Source of the DNA: a virus
IMG/VR virus record: IMGVR_UViG_3300020193_000009
Coordinates: 16,669 to 80,668 of that record
Length of the DNA: 64,000 bases
Direction: 5' to 3' (one strand)
The position numbers and the translations under genes were made by a program. Position 1 is the first letter of the stretch; each line of letters begins with the position of its first letter. Shown here piece after piece: positions 9,319-18,533 of the stretch. A model generated the notes under the pieces. The model was not told the DNA's origin. It saw only the letters and a program-made list of their open reading frames with translations, and did not search any database.

Positions 9319-9506
9319 TATAAATACAATAGAAATAGGCGGGAAATATTTATATCCGTGTATTCATCTGTAAGTACAAACCCAACTAAGCCTTACAGAT
9401 ATAGTTATCATAATGATAACAAATACTTTGATATGATCATTACAATCATACATATTTCCCTTCACCCGTGAAAGGAGAGGGCTAGCCTATTTCTATTCTA
9501 TTTATA
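9319..9506 (-). ncRNA. candidate multi-stem structured RNA
   Basis: Nested complementary pairs 9319-9340/9485-9506, 9341-9349/9452-9460, 9366-9374/9392-9400, 9404-9410/9414-9420 and 9431-9439/9443-9451. G-U wobbles favour the minus strand. Confidence 0.6.
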
Positions 9507-9882
9507 GTTCTTCCCAGATTCTACGATATTGAAAAACTTCATCATCATTACCAACTAAATATAATGAGATTACGTGTTTTCCAAGTTTTCTATCATCTGA
9601 ACCAATGTATGGATAAATCATTTGAATTGCAAATTTCCATTTACGAATAAATTTAATGTTGTCTCGATTATTGCTATTCCATTTATACTGAGTAATGTTG
9701 TAATCAGTATTTAAATACTCTTTGATAGTTCCGAGAAATACATATTCAAAGTGTTTATCTGGCACTGGTCTTGGCGTAAATCCATCATTTTTAATTGCAT
9801 TATCAAATAACCATTGCTTTTCCAAAACCATAAGATATTGCCCATCAGTGGTTGTCTTGAATCTATTGTAGTATTTTTTCAT
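9502..9882 (-). CDS. hypothetical protein
   Basis: 126-aa ORF, AGGAG RBS. Confidence 0.65.
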   Translation of the reverse strand: MKKYYNRFKTTTDGQYLMVLEKQWLFDNAIKNDGFTPRPVPDKHFEYVFLGTIKEYLNTDYNITQYKWNSNNRDNIKFIRKWKFAIQMIYPYIGSDDRKLGKHVISLYLVGNDDEVFQYRRIWEEL

Positions 9883-10082
9883 TACGGGTTCTCCTTTAAG
9901 GTTTTGATTATGTTAATAATTTGATCTTCTAATAGAGATACTCTATCTGACAAATTAGATGTGCAGCTTTTAAGATTTTCCAATATCTCCGTTACAACTT
10001 TTGTATTTGATGATTCTTGAGCAATTGCTTGCTGCATTAATTCAGCAAACTTTATAATTTCGTTACTGTCAATTTCACTCAT
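9882..10082 (-). CDS. small coiled-coil hypothetical protein
   Basis: 66-aa ORF, AGGAG RBS. Confidence 0.6.
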   Translation of the reverse strand: MSEIDSNEIIKFAELMQQAIAQESSNTKVVTEILENLKSCTSNLSDRVSLLEDQIINIIKTLKENP

Positions 10083-10347
10083 ATTGGTCTCCTTTGTTTT
10101 GCATTTCTAAATCCCACAATTTAAAATCCGCATTCATTTCTAAATCCAATTTCCAATCGTATGGATCAATTATTTCGTGCATACCAAGAACTTCTTTTGT
10201 AATGCAATATTGCCAATTTTTTCGATAATTATTCATTGTTGTACCTTTCCATTTGATTTTGACTGTTTCTTCATTTTTAACATCTGCTAATTTTCTGATT
10301 ATCTTTTGATTTTCAAACACCCATTTATAAAATTCATTACTCATCAA
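10075..10347 (-). CDS. hypothetical protein
   Basis: Overlapping operon packing. Confidence 0.55.
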   Translation of the reverse strand: MMSNEFYKWVFENQKIIRKLADVKNEETVKIKWKGTTMNNYRKNWQYCITKEVLGMHEIIDPYDWKLDLEMNADFKLWDLEMQNKGDQYE

Positions 10348-10525
10348 ATTTACCTTCTTTCTTTGCTTCCCAAAGTTTAGCTATAATCATTGCTTTATCA
10401 GCATCTGTCATTCCACGAATTTTTTCAGCAATGTTATAGCATTCATTTCCTTCTCGATGTTTTCCAATGGCATAGTAATGGTTTCCCAATTCTTCCCACT
10501 CTTTCCATTCTTGTTGCTTATCCAT
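10337..10525 (-). CDS. hypothetical protein
   Basis: 62-aa ORF overlapping its neighbours. Confidence 0.55.
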   Translation of the reverse strand: MDKQQEWKEWEELGNHYYAIGKHREGNECYNIAEKIRGMTDADKAMIIAKLWEAKKEGKFDE

Positions 10526-10862
10526 AAAGTTTCCCTTCTTTTAACTCCATAATTCGAACAAATTTATCAATACTAAATACGCAATCAAGAGCACTTTCAC
10601 CACAATAAATTGCACCATTGATAACAAAATTGTTGCTTCTCTCACCATTAGATAGCACTAAATCTATATAATTAATTATTTTGTATTTGTTGGTAAATCT
10701 AACAAAGACATCTCTATCTCCATCATAATGTAAAATTACCATACGAATCATATAGTATGATTCAAAGTTTTCGTGATTTTTATCTTTTTGCTTTTTCCAA
10801 GCAAGTATTTCGGTTTCTCGATGGAACAATGTTTGTTTATCGTAAATTTTAGTCATTAGCAT
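10518..10862 (-). CDS. hypothetical protein
   Basis: 114-aa ORF, GAGG upstream. Confidence 0.6.
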   Translation of the reverse strand: MLMTKIYDKQTLFHRETEILAWKKQKDKNHENFESYYMIRMVILHYDGDRDVFVRFTNKYKIINYIDLVLSNGERSNNFVINGAIYCGESALDCVFSIDKFVRIMELKEGKLYG

Positions 10863-11197
10863 TCCTCTCTTAGATGTTCTTCAATAGTTTTATCAATATC
10901 TTTATCTGTAAAACACCATTCACAACATCTTGAACCATCAGAATTTATTGTGTAATGTCCACCTTTTTGTGTAAGATTTGGATCAACTATTTTCATTACT
11001 TTAACTGCACAACTGTGACAGAGTGAAATTTTAAGTCTATCTTTTTCACCAATTGTATCAAAGAATTCACCATATCCACCAAAAATGTCAAATGATAATC
11101 CATTGTCTATTTGCCACAATTTATCATCTTGAAATGGAAATTGTTCAAATACGGGAATTATTTCTTCTGAACAAGATGTACAAACATATTTACTCAT
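10856..11197 (-). CDS. Cys-rich (Zn-binding) hypothetical protein
   Basis: CTSC...CHSC...CCEWC motifs. Confidence 0.65.
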   Translation of the reverse strand: MSKYVCTSCSEEIIPVFEQFPFQDDKLWQIDNGLSFDIFGGYGEFFDTIGEKDRLKISLCHSCAVKVMKIVDPNLTQKGGHYTINSDGSRCCEWCFTDKDIDKTIEEHLREEC

Positions 11198-11199
11198 TT

Positions 11200-11394
11200 T
11201 CAGTAATGCTCCTCGTTTATTAGATATTTACAAATCTTGAATATTTTATTTAAGTTTTTATGATCTGGGTTATTTATACTTGCATTACGCAATAACCAAT
11301 GTGGGTCTCTTTGTCTTTGAAAAGGAATATCCATTACCTTTGTCAAATTTTCAAGTTCATTGAGAAGTTGATTTTTGGTTTTGTTATCTATCAC
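11200..11394 (-). CDS. hypothetical protein
   Basis: 64-aa ORF, GTGA overlap with the upstream gene. Confidence 0.6.
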   Translation of the reverse strand: MIDNKTKNQLLNELENLTKVMDIPFQRQRDPHWLLRNASINNPDHKNLNKIFKICKYLINEEHY

Positions 11395-11969
11395 TCTAAT
11401 CCTTTTGCTTTTCGAACTTCGGCAATTTGTTTTCTAAACTCTTCTAACTCTTTTTGCTTTTGTTCAGGATTGTTATTGGTTTTATTACCATAACGAATCC
11501 ACATTAGTTTTTCCAAAGTTTGTTTCTTGCTTTCTTGTCTTTCAATTTCATCTTTCTCCAACTTATCAAGTTCAATTTTGATTTCCTTGATGTTTTCATC
11601 ATTAGATTGCTCAACACAATCATCAATAGTTACATCAACACCTGATTGAAGTAGACTAATAATAAGTTTGAGTTGATTGATTTGATTTAGTCGAAGGAAT
11701 AAATCTTCATCACCTAAGTCAATAACAATGCCTTTACGAGCATTTGTAATAACTCTTACACGAAGTAATGACATAATAAATTGAATTTCTTCTGCTGTAT
11801 CGTATGTCACACACTTTACATACTGCTTTACTGCCGGCTTTTTCTTTCGCCTGCGAATACGACCAGACTTTATCAAATCAGATAGATTGACTTTGTTAGA
11901 GTTTGGATTTGGAATAGCCTTATGCTTTACAATACGGGCTTCCACATCTGTGAGTTTGATTTTAGTCAT
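11391..11969 (-). CDS. basic/coiled-coil hypothetical protein
   Basis: 192-aa ORF, TAATG overlap. Confidence 0.65.
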   Translation of the reverse strand: MTKIKLTDVEARIVKHKAIPNPNSNKVNLSDLIKSGRIRRRKKKPAVKQYVKCVTYDTAEEIQFIMSLLRVRVITNARKGIVIDLGDEDLFLRLNQINQLKLIISLLQSGVDVTIDDCVEQSNDENIKEIKIELDKLEKDEIERQESKKQTLEKLMWIRYGNKTNNNPEQKQKELEEFRKQIAEVRKAKGLE

Positions 11970-12394
11970 TACTTTTTACCTTTCTTTCCATAAGTGTAAT
12001 AATCAAATTGTGACGGGTGAATAAATGATGAACTTGTAATAACATTTCCTTTTCTACTACGCTTTGGCTTTACCCAATTTTCTGCGTAATCAGAACCTTG
12101 TGGATAAACAATTTCTACGCCATTTGCTTTCAATTCAATAAGTCTGAGCAAATACATTAGTTGTTCACACTCAAACTCAAAGCCTTTGTCTGTGACTGCG
12201 TATGTGCGTATGTCGCGTTGTTTTTCACAAGATTTGAAATAGGTAATAGTGCCATACTCAATTGTTCCAAACGCTAACTCTAAGCCAAAGAGTTTGCGAT
12301 AAACTTTGAGGAAATAATAATCTATGTTGGCATTACGCAGTGCGTATGCCAATGCGTCTGTGTAAGACTGTTTGTAATCCGATAGATTTGTCAT
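11969..12394 (-). CDS. hypothetical protein, first gene of the accessory cluster
   Basis: 141-aa ORF, GAAAGGGA RBS. Confidence 0.65.
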   Translation of the reverse strand: MTNLSDYKQSYTDALAYALRNANIDYYFLKVYRKLFGLELAFGTIEYGTITYFKSCEKQRDIRTYAVTDKGFEFECEQLMYLLRLIELKANGVEIVYPQGSDYAENWVKPKRSRKGNVITSSSFIHPSQFDYYTYGKKGKK

Positions 12395-12796
12395 AGTAAA
12401 TCCCTTTCATTGATTGTTTATTTTTTTATTTGAATAGTTATTTTTGGGCGTAATCGTGGTCGTGGGGGCAAGGGTACAGCATAGAATAAAAAACAGCAAC
12501 CTCACAGCAAATAAATATTTTGAAAAGATTATTTCGCATAGGCAATCGCACAGGGCTAAACAGCCATCATAAAGGCTTTATTAAAGAATGATCGGACAGC
12601 TATGTAAATAACTATTTTGCGGGGCTCGTTATGAAGTAAATAATAAACGAAATTTAGTACACGCTTACCAAGCATTACTAAATAATATGATATATGAACT
12701 ACCCGTGTTTTTTTCTATTTACAGGAAAATTTGAGTATATATTTTTCAGAGTCTAAGGGTCTGAGAAAAAAATCCATTTTCGTAACTGATTTCAGA
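12395..12796. promoter_or_regulatory. 400-bp non-coding interval upstream of the accessory gene cluster
   Basis: Longest gene-free gap in the window; 11-bp inverted repeat AATAGTTATTT (12433-12443) / AAATAACTATT (12606-12616). Confidence 0.4.
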
Positions 12797-13615
12797 TTAT
12801 TCCAATACCGTTGCGTGCTTCTCTATGAATGACATCAGAGTTCCTTTATATTTCATACGACCTATATGTGTTAATTCAATACTCGGCTCTACCCAAATCT
12901 TTCCACCAATGTTTTGCCAATACCTACAGAAACCATAATCTTCAGAAAGAAATCTATTAAGATGCGGATCGATATACGAATTGAAGAATGCATAAGTCCA
13001 TTTCTTTTCTGCATCATTCAAAGCACCGGTGTCATCATTATATTTTAACTCTGGATACTTCTTAATTAATTTATGAATAACTTCCCTTTTAATCAACATA
13101 AACCCCGTGCCGGCATCAAAGATTTCTATTGCACCATTACTTACATTAAGAGTTCTATTATCTGCACTTTTAACAGGGTTGATTACAAATCTTACGCTAT
13201 TTTCTAATAGCAGATCTTTCGACATACTAGCTTTTACATTTTCCTCAACTCTATTCCACTCAATTTGTTTTATTGGATAGGCTGCAGTAACAACCTCTTT
13301 ATTATGCCAAAGAAGTTTTATAATTGCCTCCGGCTCCCACGCAATATCTGCATCAATAAACATTAAATGCGTTGCTTGTTCATACGCCATAAACTTAGCG
13401 ATTACATTATTACGCGCTCGATTAATTAAACTGTCAGTAATTGTGCAGAGACCAAATTTAATTCCGTGATCTCTAAAATACATCATAGTTTTGATTAATG
13501 ATAAAACTGTTGGTTCAGATATTAATTGATCATAACAAGGTATTGCGAATAGAACATTCCATTTGGAAGCTACATCTTGACTAATCTCGATTTTTTGTGT
13601 CTCAAATAATGGCAT
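12797..13615 (-). CDS. GT-A fold (family 2-like) glycosyltransferase
   Basis: FAIPCY, RARN, FIDAD (DxD), AGTGFMLI, LSEDYGFC, HIG motifs. Confidence 0.85.
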   Translation of the reverse strand: MPLFETQKIEISQDVASKWNVLFAIPCYDQLISEPTVLSLIKTMMYFRDHGIKFGLCTITDSLINRARNNVIAKFMAYEQATHLMFIDADIAWEPEAIIKLLWHNKEVVTAAYPIKQIEWNRVEENVKASMSKDLLLENSVRFVINPVKSADNRTLNVSNGAIEIFDAGTGFMLIKREVIHKLIKKYPELKYNDDTGALNDAEKKWTYAFFNSYIDPHLNRFLSEDYGFCRYWQNIGGKIWVEPSIELTHIGRMKYKGTLMSFIEKHATVLE

Positions 13616-13621
13616 ACAAAA

Positions 13622-13627
13622 ATTATA
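13622..13627 (-). promoter_or_regulatory. -10 element (TATAAT), leaderless-type promoter
   Basis: TATAAT 6 nt before ATG 13615; no Shine-Dalgarno. Confidence 0.55.
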
Positions 13628-13629
13628 CT

Positions 13630-13655
13630 AAAAAAAAGTGGGGCTTGCGCCCCAC
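13630..13655 (-). terminator. rho-independent terminator
   Basis: Minus strand GTGGGGC-GCAA-GCCCCAC followed by T8. Confidence 0.85.
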
Positions 13656-13691
13656 CCGAAAAAATATTGCTATTTGTTTCTAAATTGTTAA

Positions 13692-14033
13692 TTACGCCTT
13701 AACAGTTGTCTTGACGTTTTTAACATCTTTTGCTTTTACTGAAGTATTTTTGGTAATCGTAACTTCAGCATCATTCTTCCCCGGCACTCTGAAATAGAGC
13801 GTTTCATTGACTTTATCAAAGTGAATCTGAACTTGCAGATTCAACTTTTTAGCCTGCGCTCTAATTCTCTGTTGCATTGAATTGTATTTCTTACCAGCAA
13901 CAATTCCCGTAATTGAGAATGCGTTACCAGTTTCAGATGACAACACCAATGTGTCGATAATTTGCTGTAACTCAGCAGATGTACGACCACTGCGTGAAAT
14001 AACAGGGAAATTGCTTGCTTGATTAATTTGCAT
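13692..14033 (-). CDS. small basic hypothetical protein, possibly DNA-binding
   Basis: 113-aa ORF, AGGAG RBS, own terminator, Lys-rich tail. Confidence 0.7.
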   Translation of the reverse strand: MQINQASNFPVISRSGRTSAELQQIIDTLVLSSETGNAFSITGIVAGKKYNSMQQRIRAQAKKLNLQVQIHFDKVNETLYFRVPGKNDAEVTITKNTSVKAKDVKNVKTTVKA

Positions 14034-14120
14034 TTTATGCTCCTATTTACTAGTTGTTTTTGTCGCCTTGTGACGACAACACAGATAGTAGCAGGTCAAT
14101 TAAAAACTACACAGTGTTCG

Positions 14121-14297
14121 CTAAACTATTTTCGAAGAGTTTTTTTCTTGTTCCTGCTTGATCATCTTTACCAAACCATTTATCTGTGCAGTAAGCACCG
14201 CGTTTTGAGCTACTAAATCAGCAATTTTATCTGTAAGAATTGCTATAATATCTGCCGCTTCTACCTGTATGTTTTTGTTTATATCGATTCTATCCAC
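14121..14297 (-). CDS. small coiled-coil protein (58 aa)
   Basis: Hand-translated from GTG 14297 (GGAGG RBS): MDRIDINKNIQVEAADIIAILTDKIADLVAQNAVLTAQINGLV... Confidence 0.55.
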   Translation of the reverse strand: MDRIDINKNIQVEAADIIAILTDKIADLVAQNAVLTAQINGLVKMIKQEQEKNSSKIV

Positions 14298-16018
14298 TTT
14301 CCCACCTCCTGTCCTGGTACATTTAATTCCTTATATCCGGGCGTGAATTCTCTCAAATTATGATTATACACGCTTGCTGTGCCAAATTCTTCGAGATCTT
14401 CATCAATCTCTGACTGCATAGAAAAATCTAAGATTTCTACTTCTACTTCTTGTTCGACCGCCATATTTTCTACACAATTAAATACCGAACCAGCCAAAGA
14501 ATCTGCCATATCTTTTGAACCACCAGATGGGTGATCAATTTTATTATTACTAAATAATCTAAGCTTAAGTAGCTCTTCATTTACCAATATCTCGTTCCAA
14601 TATCCTCTTAATCTTGTATCGTATATAGATGTCATTAATGTGTCATAGTCAGTCTTTTTTACGCTATGAAAATCAGCTGCGATTCCTTGCGCTCTCAAAC
14701 TTTGAATCATTTCAATAGATTGCCATCTATCAAATGTAACTTTAGCTACATCAAACTTTCTACACAAATCGACTATCATTTGCCTCACAGATGCAAAATT
14801 AATTTCTTCGCCTGGTGCGGCTTGCCAAGAATATATTAAATCAACATTTATTACCGGAAGCTTTTCTACGCCCATAGAAGTTTTAATTTCTTTAAACCCA
14901 GCACAATGTGTCAAACAAAGAGCTGATCTATCTCTTTTAAATCCTAAGTCAACATGTATAAATCTTCTGTGACCATCTGAATTATTAAACCATTTATGAA
15001 ACCTTCCATCTTCATCAATCGGATCATCTGCATACATAAATGCTTTTCTAACTAAATCTTCATCTCTAAAATATGCGTCTTCCATTGTAGGTGGTTCACA
15101 TTCAAATCTCGATGCAGCTTCAATAGGATTTCTTATGTATTCAGACTCAAGATCAGATCTCTTAATTGTTGGATTAACTTCCCAGGTAGCTGCTTTTATA
15201 TACCATGTTTTTGGCTCGTTTTTTTCATGAGCACCAAAATATCTTTGTTGAATAAAATCACCTTTATATCTAGGGAATGATAATAAAATTACTTTACCTA
15301 CTTCTGGGAATCGTGACATCACAGATAACTTGCTCATATTATATATTGCAGAAGCTGACCCTTTAGCTCTTGTATCACCTTTTAATTCGATATCTGTTTT
15401 AAAAGCAGAGATCTCGTCTAAGACTATAGTTAATACTTCATAACCTTCCCATCCTTCACTTTCTGAGTGACCGGAGAATAGCCTTACTGGTCTGGAAAAG
15501 AAAAAGATTTCTGACACTCTAGGTTCAAACCCAACGCTATTAAAATACGGAGATCCAAGCAATAGGTTTTTTAACGGCTCAAAGAAAACCCTTTGAGCTT
15601 GCTGTGCGTTTACAGCTAGGTTTAGTAGGTCAACATATACGCCATTTGCTTTACCGTAGTAACTGAGAGGATCGCGTAAACAATGTAGCAAATAAGCCGT
15701 ATATGCGATTGAAATTCTGCTACAATGGTCTTTGCCAGACCCCTTACCTAACATACAAATTACTTCATTATCAGTATATTTTTTATAGTATTCGAGACCA
15801 TTATGTTCACCCATAAGCTTTTGCAAAGTCGGCAATTTAAATATTTGCGTACTGTGTCGAACTATTTCAAGCTGTATATTAGACAATGGCGGCAAGCCAA
15901 GATATTTTTTTTCTTGTACAAATGTTTCAATAGATACCGGTTGTTCCATCAATTCATCTTGTCTAAGCAATCTATCAAAGTCTGCAAATTCCAAATTAAT
16001 TCCAAGGTACTCAGACAT
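14279..16018 (-). CDS. terL: terminase large subunit
   Basis: Walker A GKGSGKD, Walker B IVLDE, LLSFPR coupling motif, nuclease HVDLG...DHPSGGSKDMADSLAG. Confidence 0.92.
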   Translation of the reverse strand: MSEYLGINLEFADFDRLLRQDELMEQPVSIETFVQEKKYLGLPPLSNIQLEIVRHSTQIFKLPTLQKLMGEHNGLEYYKKYTDNEVICMLGKGSGKDHCSRISIAYTAYLLHCLRDPLSYYGKANGVYVDLLNLAVNAQQAQRVFFEPLKNLLLGSPYFNSVGFEPRVSEIFFFSRPVRLFSGHSESEGWEGYEVLTIVLDEISAFKTDIELKGDTRAKGSASAIYNMSKLSVMSRFPEVGKVILLSFPRYKGDFIQQRYFGAHEKNEPKTWYIKAATWEVNPTIKRSDLESEYIRNPIEAASRFECEPPTMEDAYFRDEDLVRKAFMYADDPIDEDGRFHKWFNNSDGHRRFIHVDLGFKRDRSALCLTHCAGFKEIKTSMGVEKLPVINVDLIYSWQAAPGEEINFASVRQMIVDLCRKFDVAKVTFDRWQSIEMIQSLRAQGIAADFHSVKKTDYDTLMTSIYDTRLRGYWNEILVNEELLKLRLFSNNKIDHPSGGSKDMADSLAGSVFNCVENMAVEQEVEVEILDFSMQSEIDEDLEEFGTASVYNHNLREFTPGYKELNVPGQEVGKWIESI

Positions 16019-16055
16019 AATTATTTACCAACATATGACTTAGAGGCTTCAAAAC

Positions 16056-16141
16056 CCGTTCTCAAATTCTGGACATAAAGGCTCAAAAACCCGTTCTCAA
16101 ATTCTGACATAAAACCCCTTAATTACCGTTCTCAAATTCTG
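16056..16141. repeat. three copies of CCGTTCTCAAATTCTG at exact 35-bp spacing
   Basis: Copies at 16056-16071, 16091-16106 and 16126-16141. Confidence 0.9.
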
Positions 16142-16727
16142 ATGAATTTGTATCAATGGCTGATTCTTTTGAAAGATCTATTCTTTCACCTGACATAATT
16201 TCAAATGCAATTTCTAATTCTTTTCTGACCTCTTCTGCAATCGCGGGATGTTTTGCAATAACATCTCTTAGTATTTTAGAAAGAATTTGATTAACATTTT
16301 CCGCTTTCTGCATTCTTGCAATGTACTCCCCATCAGCTTGATTGCCGCCCATAAGTTTATGCAATTGAGCTTTTTTAGATGCAATCTCCCCGGCAAGCTT
16401 GATTGCCTGAATTCTTGCGGCAACCATACCATTGTCTGTTGCAATTGCAATTGTTTCCCAAGCCTCTTTGCTTAGTTGATCAAACTCCTGCAATGCTTTA
16501 ATTGTATTAAATTGAACCCTTTCAAGAAAATAAGGATCTTCATCAACAGTTTTATTTAAGATAATTTTATATTCTTCTACATATTCTTTTACTTCATTTG
16601 GTTTTAGCGACATCAATGCGCCAATCTCTCTATTACTATAGCCCTTTACATGAAGTAAACCAACTTGTTCTACATCTTTAATTTTATCAATTAAAGATTT
16701 ATTTTTAATTGGTTCGATATCTGACAT
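16119..16727 (-). CDS. terS: probable terminase small subunit
   Basis: N-terminal HTH-like KGYSNREIGALMSL..EV; helical; directly upstream of terL. Confidence 0.65.
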   Translation of the reverse strand: MSDIEPIKNKSLIDKIKDVEQVGLLHVKGYSNREIGALMSLKPNEVKEYVEEYKIILNKTVDEDPYFLERVQFNTIKALQEFDQLSKEAWETIAIATDNGMVAARIQAIKLAGEIASKKAQLHKLMGGNQADGEYIARMQKAENVNQILSKILRDVIAKHPAIAEEVRKELEIAFEIMSGERIDLSKESAIDTNSSEFENGN

Positions 16728-17785
16728 AATCTCTCTTTATACTCTTGACTCACTTTCTCCCAGGTAAGATTTTTATGGACCCATTTTGCGCCATGAAAAG
16801 TTTTATCTGCTACTTCATCGTAGTTATTTACAACATATAACATTTTATCACATAAATCATCGAAATCCGGCTCTGCCCAGTCACCGCACCCTTCGTATAT
16901 TCCGAACATATTCATAGTTCCCCACTTATAATTAAGCGGCACAGACAGATGTGCAAACTCAGTACAAGCAGTAGCGTTAGTGCAAATAGTTGGAATACCT
17001 TTTGCTATACCTTGCAATGGAAGCAACCCCCACCCTTCACCACTTGTAGGGTATAAAACACAGTCCACTTCATCATAAATTTTTGCAAGATCTGAATCAG
17101 TGGTTTGCCAATCAATTACTTTAATTCTATCGTGGTCTTTCAAATACATTCTAGAACCATCATTAAAGTAAATTCTTGCATCTGCATGCCCATTTGATTT
17201 ATAAATAAGATTAAAGCGGTCATCTTTGCCAAACAGCTTTAGAAAAGCGTTTACAGACATCTGGGAGTTCTTTCTGGTCGACGGAGAGCCTATACTTAAG
17301 AAAGTAAATCGCCCCGGTTTCCTCAATATTCTTGGCTCAGAGGGCATTGAGTAGATTACATCATTAACACCAAGTTTAAAATCATAAACAGGTATCTTAA
17401 CTCCAGAGTTGATAAAGACATTTTTAGCCCATGCAGATGTTGTCCAAAACTCATCAGCGCTATTAATTAGATCAATCCAGTTTGCTGGTATTTTATTTGT
17501 TTCCCAATATGTAAAACAAACATTGTAGCCAGGTTTTTTATTAAAAAATATTGGCAAAGCATTATAGATATATATATCAGCAGAATTTGTAGATTTTTCA
17601 TATAGAAAATTTATGCCCGCATTATGCAGTTTGTTAATTTCTTCTACCCGCTCTTTGCTTTGATCAGTAATATTTTCTTCTATTAGGTCAAAATCATTTT
17701 TCAAATATGATTTTAGATATGAAGCAGAATCACTGTACCCTTCAGACTTGTTCAATATTACTGCTGTAGTCCATTGCACTCTCAT
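16691..17785 (-). CDS. GT-B fold (family 4-like) glycosyltransferase
   Basis: YWETN, RKN, YPTSGEGWGLLPLQGIAKGIPTI motifs. Confidence 0.85.
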   Translation of the reverse strand: MRVQWTTAVILNKSEGYSDSASYLKSYLKNDFDLIEENITDQSKERVEEINKLHNAGINFLYEKSTNSADIYIYNALPIFFNKKPGYNVCFTYWETNKIPANWIDLINSADEFWTTSAWAKNVFINSGVKIPVYDFKLGVNDVIYSMPSEPRILRKPGRFTFLSIGSPSTRKNSQMSVNAFLKLFGKDDRFNLIYKSNGHADARIYFNDGSRMYLKDHDRIKVIDWQTTDSDLAKIYDEVDCVLYPTSGEGWGLLPLQGIAKGIPTICTNATACTEFAHLSVPLNYKWGTMNMFGIYEGCGDWAEPDFDDLCDKMLYVVNNYDEVADKTFHGAKWVHKNLTWEKVSQEYKERLCQISNQLKINL

Positions 17786-18533
17786 CTATTTTAAACCCAA
17801 TCTCTCCGCCTGCCGCAGCCGCTTCTTCTTTCAATCTTGGCAAAGGTAAGCCGTGAATTTTTGTATACTCAACTCTATAATTATACCACCCTTGAACAGC
17901 TCGCCACATTCTATCATCAGTAGTTCGTGCAAGTTCTTCAAGCTCCTCAGTTGATATTAAAAAACTAAGAACGCCCAATGGCATATATACAACCACGTCA
18001 TAGCTTGAATTTTTTCCCTCTGCATATTTTTTTAAGAGCAATTGAAATTGCCTAATTGTATCCTCTACAGGCTCGCCGGCAAAAAAATCAATATTACCAT
18101 ATGCATTTCTAATCCGAGGGCAGTAATCATCAACTCCTACAATCGTACCATAACTTCTGCAAACCATCGGGCGATGATCATAAATTGTGCATCCATTTTT
18201 ATAGAATGCGCACCACTTTTCAGTTTCGCCGCCAAACTCCCAACTAGTGTCATTCATTGCTTCTTTTAACTTTAGTATAACTGCATTAAAAGATTGTTTG
18301 GCAAATTCTTCACCTTTATTTTCTAGATCTAAATAATATTTCCTATTTATATTGTATGCAATATTTGCACACTCAGCCATATGAATAGTAACACCAATCT
18401 TACAGCATTTACCTGAACCGAGGCACTTAAACTTACCACTATTTTGACGAGCCTCAAGCACGCGAACATGATTGTAAAGCATATCTATTTCGCCAAAAAT
18501 TGCAATATCACTAAGCGCTACTTTTCTTTGCAC
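17742..18533 (-). CDS. YkgJ-like Cys-cluster (zinc/iron-chelating) protein
   Basis: CLGSGKCC...CAFY..GCTIYDHRPMVCRSYG. Confidence 0.8.
   Translation of the reverse strand: MQRKVALSDIAIFGEIDMLYNHVRVLEARQNSGKFKCLGSGKCCKIGVTIHMAECANIAYNINRKYYLDLENKGEEFAKQSFNAVILKLKEAMNDTSWEFGGETEKWCAFYKNGCTIYDHRPMVCRSYGTIVGVDDYCPRIRNAYGNIDFFAGEPVEDTIRQFQLLLKKYAEGKNSSYDVVVYMPLGVLSFLISTEELEELARTTDDRMWRAVQGWYNYRVEYTKIHGLPLPRLKEEAAAAGGEIGFKIDESAMDYSSNIEQV

Noticed and set aside
9319-9506. Assignment of the structured element to hammerhead, twister, tRNA or a known riboswitch
   Set aside because: I could not find the hammerhead core (CUGAnGA/GAAA), a T-loop or another familiar consensus, so it is left unassigned.
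16056-16141. Mini-CRISPR array at the 35-bp-period repeat
   Set aside because: The repeat is only 16 bp, the 19-bp intervals resemble each other rather than being unique spacers, and one copy lies inside terS coding sequence.
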